A program made the position numbers and the translations under genes. Shown here piece by piece: positions 1 to 21,115 of a DNA stretch of 64,000 nucleotides. Numbering within the stretch: position 1 is the stretch's first letter; each line of letters opens with the position of its first letter. The notes beneath the pieces are model-generated. The model had not been told where the DNA came from. It ran no database searches and saw only the letters and a list, made by a program, of their open reading frames with translations. Source of the stretch: the human T2T-CHM13v2.0 reference genome, Homo sapiens; the NCBI RefSeq assembly GCF_009914755.1, contig NC_060948.1; one strand, given 5' to 3'.

Positions 1-1463
1 TTTACATCCTGCATCTTCTGTTATATATATTGTATAAAATATAATAATTGATAATATATAAGTTTTATATATATACAATATGACATATAGTATATATTAT
101 AATTTATAACATATATAATATATGTTATATATCATATATAGAATATATTATACGGTTAATATACGTATTAAATATAAATTATACATTATATATATTATAT
201 ATAATATATCTGTTATATATAATACCCATTATGCATAATATATATATTATGTCTATGTTATATATAGTATAAAACAACACATAATAACATATAATTGTAT
301 ATATAAAATGCGACATATAATATATATTATATTTTATGACATATGTAATATATAGTATATATTATATATAATACGTTGTATGTATAATTCCTATATTAAA
401 TATATATTATATGACTATGTTATTAATTACATGTCACATATGTTATATATTATATATTTTACATAGAATATACCGGTTACATACAATATATACTATGTTA
501 CCTATAATGTATAATTTATTACATGTAAAATAAAGATTGCAATATATTATGTATAATTTATAATATACAATATGTGGAATGTGATATATATAACATATAA
601 TATATGATATGTGATATACAGTATATGATATATAACATACAATATATGATACCTAATATATATGGTATACAATATATATTTTATGATATGTATTCTATAT
701 GTTTTATATTCTGTTATATATAACTATTTGAAATTATATATAACTGTATAATATTTTATGTAAATATGTAATATAATATATATAACTATATAATATATTA
801 TATATAACTATATATTATGTTATATATACTTTTATAACATAATTTACATAAAATATCATAATATAATATATGTTATATTATTTCACATTACATAATATAT
901 ATTACATATCACCCAATATAAGTAACATACATAATATTATAATATAGATTATATTATGTTATGTTAAATATCATATATATCATGTATCATATATTCTATA
1001 ATATATATTATACATTATATAATATGTATGTTGTCTATTATGTGATATATATAACTACATATATAATTATATTATTATACATATAACTAGATAAACATGT
1101 AATTCTACATATTTTCATTTATAATATATAGAATTATATAATCATATATAATTATTTATATTCTATAAAAAATTATATCATTATATAAATTATAATATAT
1201 AAAAATTATAATATGTACTACAAATATATATATTATATATCATATATGATATAGTACCTTTGTTATATATCATAATACATATAAATGTGTATTATGTTAT
1301 CTATAATTATATAATTTCATATATAAGATGTATAATATGTATTATATATTATATATGTTATGTAATATATATAGTATATATAAGATGACACAGGATAAAT
1401 ATTATATACTATGACATATAAAATATATGAGGTTATATGTTACATATAAGGCATAGCACATAA

Positions 1464-1778
<315 letters not shown>

Positions 1779-2345
1779 AGATCCATATTTTTTAAATGAA
1801 AAAAAATTTCAAAGGTACTCTGATTGGTACAATAATCAAATGTATAAACTGAGGAATAAAACATAACCATGAAACCTACTTATAACTGCATATGGAAAAT
1901 ACAGAGGATAATTTTTTAAATAACATATTTTGAAAGCCTTAACTAGTAGTTTGAAGAGTTGGCATTTGAAAGGCCAGTATGAATATACCTTCAAAGCAGC
2001 AACACAGGTTCCCCATGAGAAAAAGCAAACACAGGGAAAATAAAACCACAAATGTTCAATCTCTTCTGACCTATGAAAGACACAGCACAGACAGTGGTCC
2101 TTAGGACGAAGAGCAGGAGACCCCTAATTCCATCACCATGGCGATAGGGCATAAACATTGCTGGGTGAGGGCACAATCCACATTGTGAGGTCCAACTGCT
2201 GCCAGGAAGACAGGAGTGCTTTTACATAGACCGAAAGGTCATTGAAGTTTCAGAGTTTTGTTTCAAGAACTGAATCCCAACCCCACACGTTATTAGGCTG
2301 CGCTTCTTAAAACAAGTTATGAGATGGGAAAAAGGGCACCCACAA
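1779..2345. repeat. HSATI segment of the DYZ2 unit (representative; follows the Alu in all 26 complete units, e.g. 4197-4763 and 62212-62778)
   Basis: About 570 bp of higher-complexity sequence between the Alu 5' end and the next AT-rich block. The name comes from the known tripartite DYZ2 structure, not from an alignment, so boundaries and strand are not verified. Confidence 0.8.
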
Positions 2346-4196
<1,851 letters not shown>

Positions 4197-6322
4197 AGAT
4201 CCATATTTTCTAAATGAAAAAAAATTTCAAAGGTACTCTGCTTGGTACAATAATCAAATGTATAAACTGAGGAATAAAACATAACCATGAAACCTACTTA
4301 TAACTGCATATGGAAAATACAGAGGATAATTTTTTAAATAACATATTTTGAAAGCCTTAACTAGTAATTTGCAGAGTTGGCATTTGAAAGGCCAGTATGA
4401 ATATACCTTCAAAGCAGCAACACAGGTTCCCCATGAGAAAAAGCAAACTCAGGGAAAATAAAACCACAAAGGTTCAATCTCTTCTGACCTTTGAAAGACA
4501 CAGCACAGACAGTGGTCCTTAGGACGAAGAGCAGGAGACCCCTATTTCCGTCACCATGGCGATAGGGCATAAACATTGCTGGGTGAGGGCACAATCCACA
4601 TTGTGAGGTCCAACTGCTGCCAGGAAGACAGGAGTGCTTTTACATAGACCGAAAGGTCATTGAAGGCTCAGAGTTTTGTTTCAAGAACTGAATCCCAAGC
4701 CCACACGTTATTAGGCTGCGCTTCTTAAAACAAGTTATGAGATGGGAAAAAGGGCACCCACAAACATACGTATACATTATGTATATAATAATATACAGTA
4801 TCATATATATAATATATATAACCTATGTATAATATTGTTTTACATCCTGCATCTTATATTATGTATATTGTATAAAATATAATTATTGATAATATATAAA
4901 ATTTATATTTATACAATATGACATATAGTATATATTATAATTTATGACATATATAATATATGTTATATATCATATATAGAATATATTATACGGTTAATAT
5001 ACGTATTAAATATAAATTATACATTATATATATTATATATAATATTTCTGTTATATATAATACCCATTATGCATAATATATATATTATGTGTATGTTATA
5101 TATAGTATAAAACAACATATAATAATATATAATTGTATATATAATATGCGACATATAATATATATTATATTTTATGACATATGTTATAAATATTATATAT
5201 TATATATAATACGTTGTATGTATAATACCTATATTAAATATATATTATATGACTATGTTATTAATTACATGTCACATATGTTATATATTATATATTTTAC
5301 ATAGAATATACCGGTTACATACAATATATACTATGTTACCTATAATGTATAATATATTACATGTAAAATAAAGAATGCAATATATTATGTATAATTTATA
5401 ATATACAATATGTGGAATGTGATATATATAACATATAATATATGATATATGATATACAGTATATGATATATAACATACAATATATGATACATAATATATA
5501 TGGTATACAATATATATTTTATGATATGTATTCTATATGTTTTATATTCTGTTATATATAACTATTTGAAATTATATATAACTGTATAATATTTTATGTA
5601 AATATGTAATATTATATATAACTATGTAATATATTATATATAACTATATATTATGTTATATATACTTTTATAACATAATTTACATAAAATATCATAATAT
5701 AATATATATTATATTATTTCATATTACATAATATATATTACATATCACCCAATATAAGTAACATACATAATATTATAATATAGATTATATTCTGTTATAT
5801 TAAATATCATATATATCATGTATCATATATTCTATAATATATATTATACATTATATAATATGTATGTTGTCTATTATGTGATATATATAACTATATATAT
5901 AATTATATTATTATACATATAACTAGATAAACATGTAATTCTACATATTTTCATTTATAATATATAGAATTATATAATCATATATAATTATTTATATTCT
6001 ATAAAAAATTATAGCTTTATATAAATTATAATATATAAAAATTATAATATGTATTACAAATATATATATTGTATATCATATATGATATAGTACCTTTGTT
6101 ATATATGATAATACATATAAATGTGTATTATGTTATCTATAATTATATAATTTCATATATAAGATGTATAATATTTATTATATATTACATATGTTATGTA
6201 ATATATATAGTATATATAAGATGACACAGGATAAATATTATATACTATGACATATAAAATATATGAGGTTATATGTTACATATAAGGCATAGCACATAAC
6301 ATGTAATATATATCATATATAA

Positions 6323-6614
<292 letters not shown>

Positions 6615-8719
6615 AGATCCATATTTTCTAAATGAAAAAAAATTTCAAAGGTACTCTGCTTGGTACAATAATCAAATGTATAAACTGAGGAATAAAACAT
6701 AACCATGAAACCTACTTATAACTGCATATGGAAAATACAGAGGATAATTTTTTAAATAACATATTTTGAAAGCCTTAACTAGTAATTTGCAGAGTTGGCA
6801 TTTGAAAGGCCAGTATGAATATACCTTCAAAGCAGCAACACAGGTTCCCCATGAGAAAAAGCAAACTCAGGGAAAATAAAACCACAAAGGTTCAATCTCT
6901 TCTGACCTTTGAAAGACACAGCACAGACAGTGTTCCTTAGGACGAAGAGCAGGAGACCCCTATTTCCGTCACCATGGCGATAGGGCATAAACATTGCTGG
7001 GTGAGGGCACAATCCACATTGTGAGGTCCAACTGCTGCCAGGAAGACAGGAGTGCTTTTACATAGACCGAAAGGTCATTGAAGGCTCAGAGTTTTGTTTC
7101 AAGAACTGAATCCCAAGCCCACACGTTATTAGGCTGCGCTTCTTAAAACAAGTTATGAGATGGGAAAAAGGGCACCCACAAACATACGTATACATTATGT
7201 ATATAATAATATACAGTATCATATATATAATATATATAACCTATGTATAATATTGTTTTACATCCTGCATCTTCTGTTATATATATTGTATAAAATATAA
7301 TAATTGATAATATATAAGTTTTATATATATACAATATGACATATAGTATATATTATAATTTATAACATATATAATATATGTTATATATCATATATAGAAT
7401 ATATTATACGGTTAATATACGTATTAAATATAAATTATACATTATATATATTATATATAATATATCTGTTATATATAATACCCATTATGCATAATATATA
7501 TATTATGTCTATGTTATATATAGTATAAAACAACACATAATAACATATAATTGTATATATAAAATGCGACATATAATATATATTATATTTTATGACATAT
7601 GTAATATATAGTATATATTATATATAATACGTTGTATGTATAATTCCTATATTAAATATATATTATATGACTATGTTATTAATTACATGTCACATATGTT
7701 ATATATTATATATTTTACATAGAATATACCGGTTACATACAATATATACTATGTTACCTATAATGTATAATTTATTACATGTAAAATAAAGATTGCAATA
7801 TATTATGTATAATTTATAATATACAATATGTGGAATGTGATATATATAACATATAATATATGATATATGATATACAGTATATGATATATAACATACAATA
7901 TATGATACCTAATATATATGGTATACAATATATATTTTATGATATGTATTCTATATGTTTTATATTCTGTTATATATAACTATATGAAATTATATATAAC
8001 TGTATAATATTTTATGTAAATATGTAATATAATATATATAACTATATAATATATTATATATAACTATATATTATGTTATATATACTTTTATAACATAATT
8101 TACATAAAATATCATAATATAATATATATTATATTATTTCACATTACATAATATATATTACATATCACCCAATATAAGTAACATACATAATATTATAATA
8201 TAGATTATATTATGTTATGTTAAATATCATATATATCATGTATCATATATTCTATAATATATATTATACATTATATAATATGTATGTTGTCTATTATGTG
8301 ATATATATAACTATATATATAATTATATTATTATACATATAACTAGATAAACATGTAATTCTACATATTTTCATTTATAATATATAGAATTATATAATCA
8401 TATATAATTATTTATATTCTATAAAAAATTATATCATTATATAAATTATAATATATAAAAATTATAATATGTACTACAAATATATATATTATATATCATA
8501 TATGATATAGTACCTTTGTTATATATCATAATACATATAAATGTGTATTATGTTATCTATAATTATATAATTTCATATATAAGATGTATAATATGTATTA
8601 TATATTATATATGTTATGTAATATATATAGTATATATAAGATGACACAGGATAAATATTATATACTATGACATATAAAATATATGAGGTTATATGTTACA
8701 TATAAGGCATAGCACATAA

Positions 8720-9034
<315 letters not shown>

Positions 9035-11137
9035 AGATCCATATTTTTTAAATGAAAAAAAATTTCAAAGGTACTCTGATTGGTACAATAATCAAATGTA
9101 TAAACTGAGGAATAAAACATAACCATGAAACCTACTTATAACTGCATATGGAAAATACAGAGGATAATTTTTTAAATAACATATTTTGAAAGCCTTAACT
9201 AGTAGTTTGAAGAGTTGGCATTTGAAAGGCCAGTATGAATATACCTTCAAAGCAGCAACACAGGTTCCCCATGAGAAAAAGCAAACTCAGGGAAAATAAA
9301 ACCACAAATGTTCAATCTCTTCTGACCTATGAAAGACACAGCACAGACAGTGGTCCTTAGGACGAAGAGCAGGAGACCCCTAATTCCGTCACCATGGCGA
9401 TAGGGCATAAACATTGCTGGGTGAGGGCACAATCCACATTGTGAGGTCCAACTGCTGCCAGGAAGACAGGAGTGCTTTTACATAGACCGAAAGGTCATTG
9501 AAGTTTCAGAGTTTTGTTTCAAGAACTGAATCCCAACCCCACACGTTATTAGGCTGCGCTTCTTAAAACAAGTTATGAGATGGGAAAAAGGGCACCCACA
9601 AACATACGTATACATTATGTATATAATAATATACAGTATCATATATATAATATATATAACCTATGTATAATATTGTTTTACATCCTGCATCTTATATTAT
9701 GTATATTGTATAAAATATAATTATTGATAATATATAAAATTTATATTTATACAATATGACATATAGTATATATTATAATTTATGACATATATAATATATG
9801 TTATATATCATATATAGAATATATTATACGGTTAATATACGTATTAAATATAAATTATACATTATATATATTATATATAATATTTCTGTTATATATAATA
9901 CCCATTATGCATAATATATATATTATGTGTATGTTATATATAGTATAAAACAACATATAATAATATATAATTGTATATATAAAATGCGACATATAATATA
10001 TATTATATTTTATGACATATGTTATAAATATTATATATTATATATAATACGTTGTATGTATAATACCTATATTAAATATATATTATATGACTATGTTATT
10101 AATTACATGTCACATATGTTATATATTATATATTTTACATAGAATATACCGGTTACATACAATATATACTATGTTACCTATAATGTATAATATATTACAT
10201 GTAAAATAAAGAATGCAATATATTATGTATAATTTATAATATACAATATGTGGAATGTGATATATATAACATATAATATATGATATATGATATACAGTAT
10301 ATGATATATAACATACAATATATGATACATAATATATATGGTATACAATATATATTTTATGATATGTATTCTATATGTTTTATATTCTGTTATATATAAC
10401 TATTTGAAATTATATATAACTGTATAATATTTTATGTAAATATGTAATATTATATATAACTATGTAATATATTATATATAACTATATATTATGTTATATA
10501 TACTTTTATAACATAATTTACATAAAATATCATAATATAATATATATTATATTATTTCATATTACATAATATATATTACATATCACCCAATATAAGTAAC
10601 ATACATAATATTATAATATAGATTATATTATGTTATATTAAATATCATATATATCATGTATCATATATTCTATAATATATATTATACATTATATAATATG
10701 TATGTTGTCTATTAAGTGATATATATAACTATATATATAATTATATTATTATACATATAACTAGATAAACATGTAATTCTACATATTTTCATTTATAATA
10801 TATAGAATTATATAATCATATATAATTATTTATATTCTATAAAAAATTATAGCTTTATATAAATTATAATATATAAAAATTATAATATGTACTACAAATA
10901 TATATATTGTATATCATATATGATATAGTACCTTTGTTATATATGATAATACATATAAATGTGTATTATGTTATCTATAATTATATAATTTCATATATAA
11001 GATGTATAATATTTATTATATATTACATATGTTATGTAATATATATAGTATATATAAGATGACACAGGATAAATATTATATACTATGACATATAAAATAT
11101 ATGAGGTTATATGTTACATATAAGGCATAGCACATAA

Positions 11138-11452
<315 letters not shown>

Positions 11453-13557
11453 AGATCCATATTTTCTAAATGAAAAAAAATTTCAAAGGTACTCTGCTTG
11501 GTACAATAATCAAATGTATAAACTGAGGAATAAAACATAACCATGAAACCTACTTATAACTGCATATGGAAAATACAGAGGATAATTTTTTAAATAACAT
11601 ATTTTGAAAGCCTTAACTAGTAATTTGAAGAGTTGGCATTTGAAAGGCCAGTATGAATATACCTTCAAAGCAGCAACACAGGTTCCCCATGAGAAAAAGC
11701 AAACTCAGGGAAAATAAAACCACAAAGGTTCAATCTCTTCTGACCTTTGAAAGACACAGCACAGACAGTGGTCCTTAGGACGAAGAGCAGGAGACCCCTA
11801 TTTCCGTCACCATGGCGATAGGGCATAAACATTGCTGGGTGAGGGCACAATCCACATTGTGAGGTCCAACTGCTGCCAGGAAGACAGGAGTGCTTTTACA
11901 TAGACCGAAAGGTCATTGAAGGCTCAGAGTTTTGTTTCAAGAACTGAATCCCAAGCCCACACGTTATTAGGCTGCGCTTCTTAAAACAAGTTATGAGATG
12001 GGAAAAAGGGCACCCACAAACATACGTATACATTATGTATATAATAATATACAGTATCATATATATAATATATATAACCTATGTATAATATTGTTTTACA
12101 TCCTGCATCTTCTGTTATATATATTGTATAAAATATAATAATTGATAATATATAAGTTTTATATATATACAATATGACATATAGTATATATTATAATTTA
12201 TAACATATATAATATATGTTATATATCATATATAGAATATATTATACGGTTAATATACGTATTAAATATAAATTATACATTATATATATTATATATAATA
12301 TATCTGTTATATATAATACCCATTATGCATAATATATATATTATGTCTATGTTATATATAGTATAAAACAACACATAATAACATATAATTGTATATATAA
12401 AATGCGACATATAATATATATTATATTTTATGACATATGTAATATATAGTATATATTATATATAATACGTTGTATGTATAATTCCTATATTAAATATATA
12501 TTATATGACTATGTTATTAATTACATGTCACATATGTTATATATTATATATTTTACATAGAATATACCGGTTACATACAATATATACTATGTTACCTATA
12601 ATGTATAATTTATTACATGTAAAATAAAGATTGCAATATATTATGTATAATTTATAATATACAATATGTGGAATGTGATATATATAACATATAATATATG
12701 ATATATGATATACAGTATATGATATATAACATACAATATATGATACCTAATATATATGGTATACAATATATATTTTATGATATGTATTCTATATGTTTTA
12801 TATTCTGTTATATATAACTATATGAAATTATATATAACTGTATAATATTTTATGTAAATATGTAATATAATATATATAACTATATAATATATTATATATA
12901 ACTATATATTATGTTATATATACTTTTATAACATAATTTACATAAAATATCATAATATAATATATATTATATTATTTCACATTACATAATATATATTACA
13001 TATCACCCAATATAAGTAACATACATAATATTATAATATAGATTATATTATGTTATGTTAAATATCATATATATCATGTATCATATATTCTATAATATAT
13101 ATTATACATTATATAATATGTATGTTGTCTATTATGTGATATATATAACTATATATATAATTATATTATTATACATATAACTAGATAAACATGTAATTCT
13201 ACATATTTTCATTTATAATATATAGAATTATATAATCATATATAATTATTTATATTCTATAAAAAATTATATCATTATATAAATTATAATATATAAAAAT
13301 TATAATATGTACTACAAATATATATATTATATATCATATATGATATAGTACCTTTGTTATATATCATAATACATATAAATGTGTATTATGTTATCTATAA
13401 TTATATAATTTCATATATAAGATGTATAATATGTATTATATATTATATATGTTATGTAATATATATAGTATATATAAGATGACACAGGATAAATATTATA
13501 TACTATGACATATAAAATATATGAGGTTATATGTTACATATAAGGCATAGCACATAA

Positions 13558-13872
<315 letters not shown>

Positions 13873-15998
13873 AGATCCATATTTTTTAAATGAAAAAAAA
13901 TTTCAAAGGTACTCTGATTGGTACAATAATCAAATGTATAAACTGAGGAATAAAACATAACCATGAAACCTACTTATAACTGCATATGGAAAATACAGAG
14001 GATAATTTTTTAAATAACATATTTTGAAAGCCTTAACTAGTAGTTTGAAGAGTTGGCATTTGAAAGGCCAGTATGAATATACCTTCAAAGCAGCAACACA
14101 GGTTCCCCATGAGAAAAAGCAAACTCAGGGAAAATAAAACCACAAATGTTCAATCTCTTCTGACCTATGAAAGACACAGCACAGACAGTGGTCCTTAGGA
14201 CGAAGAGCAGGAGACCCCTAATTCCGTCACCATGGCGATAGGGCATAAACATTGCTGGGTGAGGGCACAATCCACATTGTGAGGTCCAACTGCTGCCAGG
14301 AAGACAGGAGTGCTTTTACATAGACCGAAAGGTCATTGAAGTTTCAGAGTTTTGTTTCAAGAACTGAATCCCAACCCCACACGTTATTAGGCTGCGCTTC
14401 TTAAAACAAGTTATGAGATGGGAAAAAGGGCACCCACAAACATACGTATACATTATGTATATAATAATATACAGTATCATATATATAATATATATAACCT
14501 ATGTATAATATTGTTTTACATCCTGCATCTTATATTATGTATATTGTATAAAATATAATTATTGATAATATATAAAATTTATATTTATACAATATGACAT
14601 ATAGTATATATTATAATTTATGACATATATAATATATGTTATATATCATATATAGAATATATTATACGGTTAATATACGTATTAAATATAAATTATACAT
14701 TATATATATTATATATAATATTTCTGTTATATATAATACCCATTATGCATAATATATATATTATGTGTATGTTATATATAGTATAAAACAACATATAATA
14801 ATATATAATTGTATATATAAAATGCGACATATAATATATATTATATTTTATGACATATGTTATAAATATTATATATTATATATAATACGTTGTATGTATA
14901 ATACCTATATTAAATATATATTATATGACTATGTTATTAATTACATGTCACATATGTTATATATTATATATTTTACATAGAATATACCGGTTACATACAA
15001 TATATACTATGTTACCTATAATGTATAATATATTACATGTAAAATAAAGAATGCAATATATTATGTATAATTTATAATATACAATATGTGGAATGTGATA
15101 TATATAACATATAATATATGATATATGATATACAGTATATGATATATAACATACAATATATGATACATAATATATATGGTATACAATATATATTTTATGA
15201 TATGTATTCTATATGTTTTATATTCTGTTATATATAACTATTTGAAATTATATATAACTGTATAATATTTTATGTAAATATGTAATATTATATATAACTA
15301 TGTAATATATTATATATAACTATATATTATGTTATATATACTTTTATAACATAATTTACATAAAATATCATAATATAATATATATTATATTATTTCATAT
15401 TACATAATATATATTACATATCACCCAATATAAGTAACATACATAATATTATAATATAGATTATATTATGTTATATTAAATATCATATATATCATGTATC
15501 ATATATTCTATAATATATATTATACATTATATAATATGTATGTTGTCTATTAAGTGATATATATAACTATATATATAATTATATTATTATACATATAACT
15601 AGATAAACATGTAATTCTACATATTTTCATTTATAATATATAGAATTATATAATCATATATAATTATTTATATTCTATAAAAAATTATATCATTATATAA
15701 ATTATAATATATAAAAATTATAATATGTACTACAAATATATATATTATATATCATATATGATATAGTAACTTTGTTATATATCATAATACATATAAATGT
15801 GTATTATGTTATCTATAATTATATAATTTCATGTATGAGATGTATAATATGTGTTATATATTATATATGTTATGTAATATATATAGTATATATAAGATGA
15901 CACAGGATAAATATTATATACTATGACATATAAAATATATGAGGTTATATGTTACATATAAGGCATAGCACATAACATGTAATATATATCATCTATAA

Positions 15999-16290
<292 letters not shown>

Positions 16291-18389
16291 AGATCCATAT
16301 TTTTTAAATGAAAAAAAATTTCAAAGGTACTCTGCTTGGTACAATAATCAAATGTATAAACTGAGGAATAAAACATAACCATGAAACCTACTTATAACTG
16401 CATATGGAAAATACAGAGGATAATTTTTTAAATAACATATTTTGAAAGCCTTAACTAGTAATTTGAAGAGTTGGCATTTGAAAGGCCAGTATGAATATAC
16501 CTTCAAAGCAGCAACACAGGTTCCCCATGAGAAAAAGCAAACTCAGGGAAAATAAAACCACAAAGGTTCAATCTCTTCTGACCTTTGAAAGACACAGCAC
16601 AGACAGTGGTCCTTAGGACGAAGAGCAGGAGACCCCTAATTCCGTCACCATGGCGATAGGGCATAAACACTGCTGGGTGAGGGCACAATCCACATTGTGA
16701 GGTCCAACTGCTGCCAGGAAGACAGGAGTGCTTTTACATAGACCGAAAGGTCATTGAAGGCTCAGAGTTTTGTTTCAAGAACTGAATCCCAAGCCCACAC
16801 GTTATTAGGCTGCGCTTCTTAAAACAAGTTATGAGATGGGAAAAAGGGCACCCACAAACATACGTATAAATTATGTATATAATAATATACAGTATCATAT
16901 ATATAATATATATAACCTATGTATAATATTGTTTTACATCCTGCATCTTATATTATATATATTGTATAAAATATAATTATTGATAATATATAAATTTTAT
17001 ATTTATACAATATGACATATAGTATATATTATAATTTATGACATATATAATATATGTTATATATCATATACAGAATATATTATACGGATAATATACGTAT
17101 TAAATATAAATTATACATTATATATATTATATATAATATTTCTGTTATATATAATACCCATTATGCATAATATATATATTATGTGTATGTTATATATAGT
17201 ATAAAACAACATATAATAATATATAATTGTATATATAAAATGCGACATATAATATATATTATATTTTATGACATATGTTATAAATATTATATATTATATA
17301 TAATACGTTGCATGTATAATACCTATATTAAATATATATTATATGACTATGTTATTAATTACATGTCACATATGTTATATATTATATATTTTACATAGAA
17401 TATACCGGTTACTTACAATATATAATATGTTACCTATAATGTATAATATATTACATGTAAAATAAAGAATGCAATATATTATGTGTAATTTATAATATAC
17501 AATATGTGGAATGTGATATATATAACATATAATATATGATATATGATATACAGTATATGATATATAACATAGAATATATGATACATAATATATATGGTAT
17601 AAAATATATATTTTATGATATGTATTCTATATGTTTTATATTCTGTTATATATAAATATTTGAAATTATATATAACTGTATAATATTTTATGTAAATATG
17701 TAATATAATATATAACTATGTAATATATTATATATAGCTATATATTATGTTATATATACTTTTATAACATAATTTTCATAAAATATCATAATATAATATA
17801 TATTATATTATTTCATATTACATAATATATATTACATATCACCCAATATAAGTAACATACATAATATCATAATATAGATTATATTATGTTATATTAAATA
17901 TCATATATATCATGTATCATATATTCTATAATATATATTATACATTATATAATATGTATGTTGTCTATTATGTGATATATATAACTATATATATAATTAT
18001 ATTATTATACGTATATCTAGATAAACATGTAATTCTACATATTTTCATTTATAATATATAGAATTACATAATCATATATAATTATATTCTATAAAAAATT
18101 ATAACATTATATAAATTATAATATATAAAAATTCTAATATGTACTACAAATATATATATTATATATCATATATGATATAGTACCTTTGTTATATATCATA
18201 ATACATATAAATGTGTATTATGTTATCTATAATTATATAATTTCATATATAAGATGTATAATATTTATTATATATTATAAATGTTATGTAATATATATAG
18301 TATATATAAGATGACACAGGATAAATATTATATACTATGACATATAAAATATATGAGGTTATATGTTACATATAAGGCATAGCACATAA

Positions 18390-18704
<315 letters not shown>

Positions 18705-20800
18705 AGATCCATATTTTGTAAATGAAAAAAAATTTCAAAGGTACTCTGCTTGGTACAATAATCAAATGTATAAACTGAGGAATAAAACATAACCATGAAA
18801 CCTACTTATAACTGCATATGGAAAATACAGAGGATAATTTTTTAAATAACATATTTTGAAAGCCTTAACTAGTAATTTGAAGAGTTGGCATTTGAAAGGC
18901 CAGTATGAATATACCTTCAAAGCAGCAACACAGGTTCCCCATGAGAAAATGCAAACTCAGGGAAAATAAAACCACAAAGGTTCAATCTCTTCTGACCTTT
19001 GAAAGACACAGCACAGACAGTGGTCCTTAGGACGAAGAGCAGGAGACCCCTAATTCCGTCACCATGGCGATAGGGCATAAACACTGCTGGGTGAGGGCAC
19101 AATCCACATTGTGAGGTCCAACTGCTGCCAGGAAGACAGGAGTGCTTTTACATAGACCGAAAGGTCATTGAAGGCTCAGAGTTTTGTTTCAAGAACTGAA
19201 TCCCAAGCCCACACGTTATTAGGCTGCGCTTCTTAAAACAAGTTATGAGATGGGAAAAAGGGCACCCACAAACATACGTATACATTATGTATATAATCAT
19301 ATACAGTATCATATATATAATATATATAACCTATGTATAATATTGTTTTACATCCTGCATCTTATATTATATATATTGTGTAAAATATAATAATTGATAA
19401 TATATAAGTTTTATATTTATACAATATGACATATAGTATATATTATAATTTATGACATATATAATATATGTTATATATCATATATAGAATATATTATACG
19501 GTTAATATACGTATTAAATATAAATTATACATTATATATATTATATATAATATATCTGCTATATATAATACCCATTATGCATAATATATATATTATGTCT
19601 ATGTTATGTATAGTATAAAACAACATATAATAATATATAATTGTATATATAAAATGCGACATATAATATATATTTTATTTTATGACATCTGTAATATATA
19701 TTATATATTATATATAATACGTTGTATGTATAATACCTATATTAAATATATATTATATGACTATGTTATTAATTACATGTCACATATGTTATATATTATA
19801 TATTTTACATAGAATATACCGGTTACATACAATATATACTATGTTACCTATAATGTATAATTTATTACATGTAAAATAAAGAATGCAATATATTATGTGT
19901 AATTTATAATATACAATATGTGGAATGTGATATATATAACATATAATATATGATATATGATATACAGTATACGATATATAACATACAATATATGATACCT
20001 AATATATATGGTATACAATATATATTTTATGATATGTATTCTATATGTTTTATATTCTGTTATATATAACTATTTGAAATTATATATAACTGTATAATAT
20101 TTTATGTAAATATGTAATATAATATATATAACTATATAATATATTATATATAACTATATATTATGTTATATATACTTTCATAACTTTATTTACATAAAAT
20201 ATCATAGTATAATATATATTATATTACTTCATATTACATAATATATATTACATATCACCAAATATAAGTAACATACATAATATTATAATATACATTATAT
20301 TATGTTATATTAAATATAATATATATCATGTATCATATATTCTATAATATATATTACACATTATATAATATGCATGTTGTCTATTATGTGATATATATAA
20401 CTATATATAATTATATTATTATACATATATCTAGATAAACATGTAATTCTACATATTTTTATTTATAATATATAGAATTACATAATCATATATAATTATA
20501 TTCTATAAAAAATTATATCATTATATAAATTATAATATATAAAAATTATAATATGTACTACAAATATATATATTATATATCATATATGATATAGTACCTT
20601 TGTTATATATCATAATACATATAAATGTGTATTATGTTATCTATAATTATATAATTTCATATATAAGATGTATAATTATTATATATTATAAATGTTATGT
20701 AATATATATAGTATATATAAGATGACACATGATAAATATTATATACTATGACATATAAAATATATGAGGTTATATGTTACATATAAGGCATAGCACATAA

Positions 20801-21115
<315 letters not shown>

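Noticed and set aside
12-30. A-type TTCTGTTATATATA as a templated copy of the internal motif at about 709
   Set aside because: U18 and U19 show the one-step intermediate CTTATGTT, so stepwise mutation explains it.
576-580. GGAAT as HSat3/DYZ1 sequence or an array junction
   Set aside because: It is an isolated pentamer. I saw no (GGAAT)n tract, inversion or foreign insertion in the window.
1855-1860. AATAAA poly(A) signals and TATA-like boxes
   Set aside because: Expected by chance at this AT content, with no supporting gene structure.
1991-2176. Recurrent 61-aa minus-strand ORF (MCPHPA...) in HSATI
   Set aside because: It starts at TTG, has no recognisable domain, and recurs only because the unit repeats. 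It is not called in U17, where the start codon is mutated.
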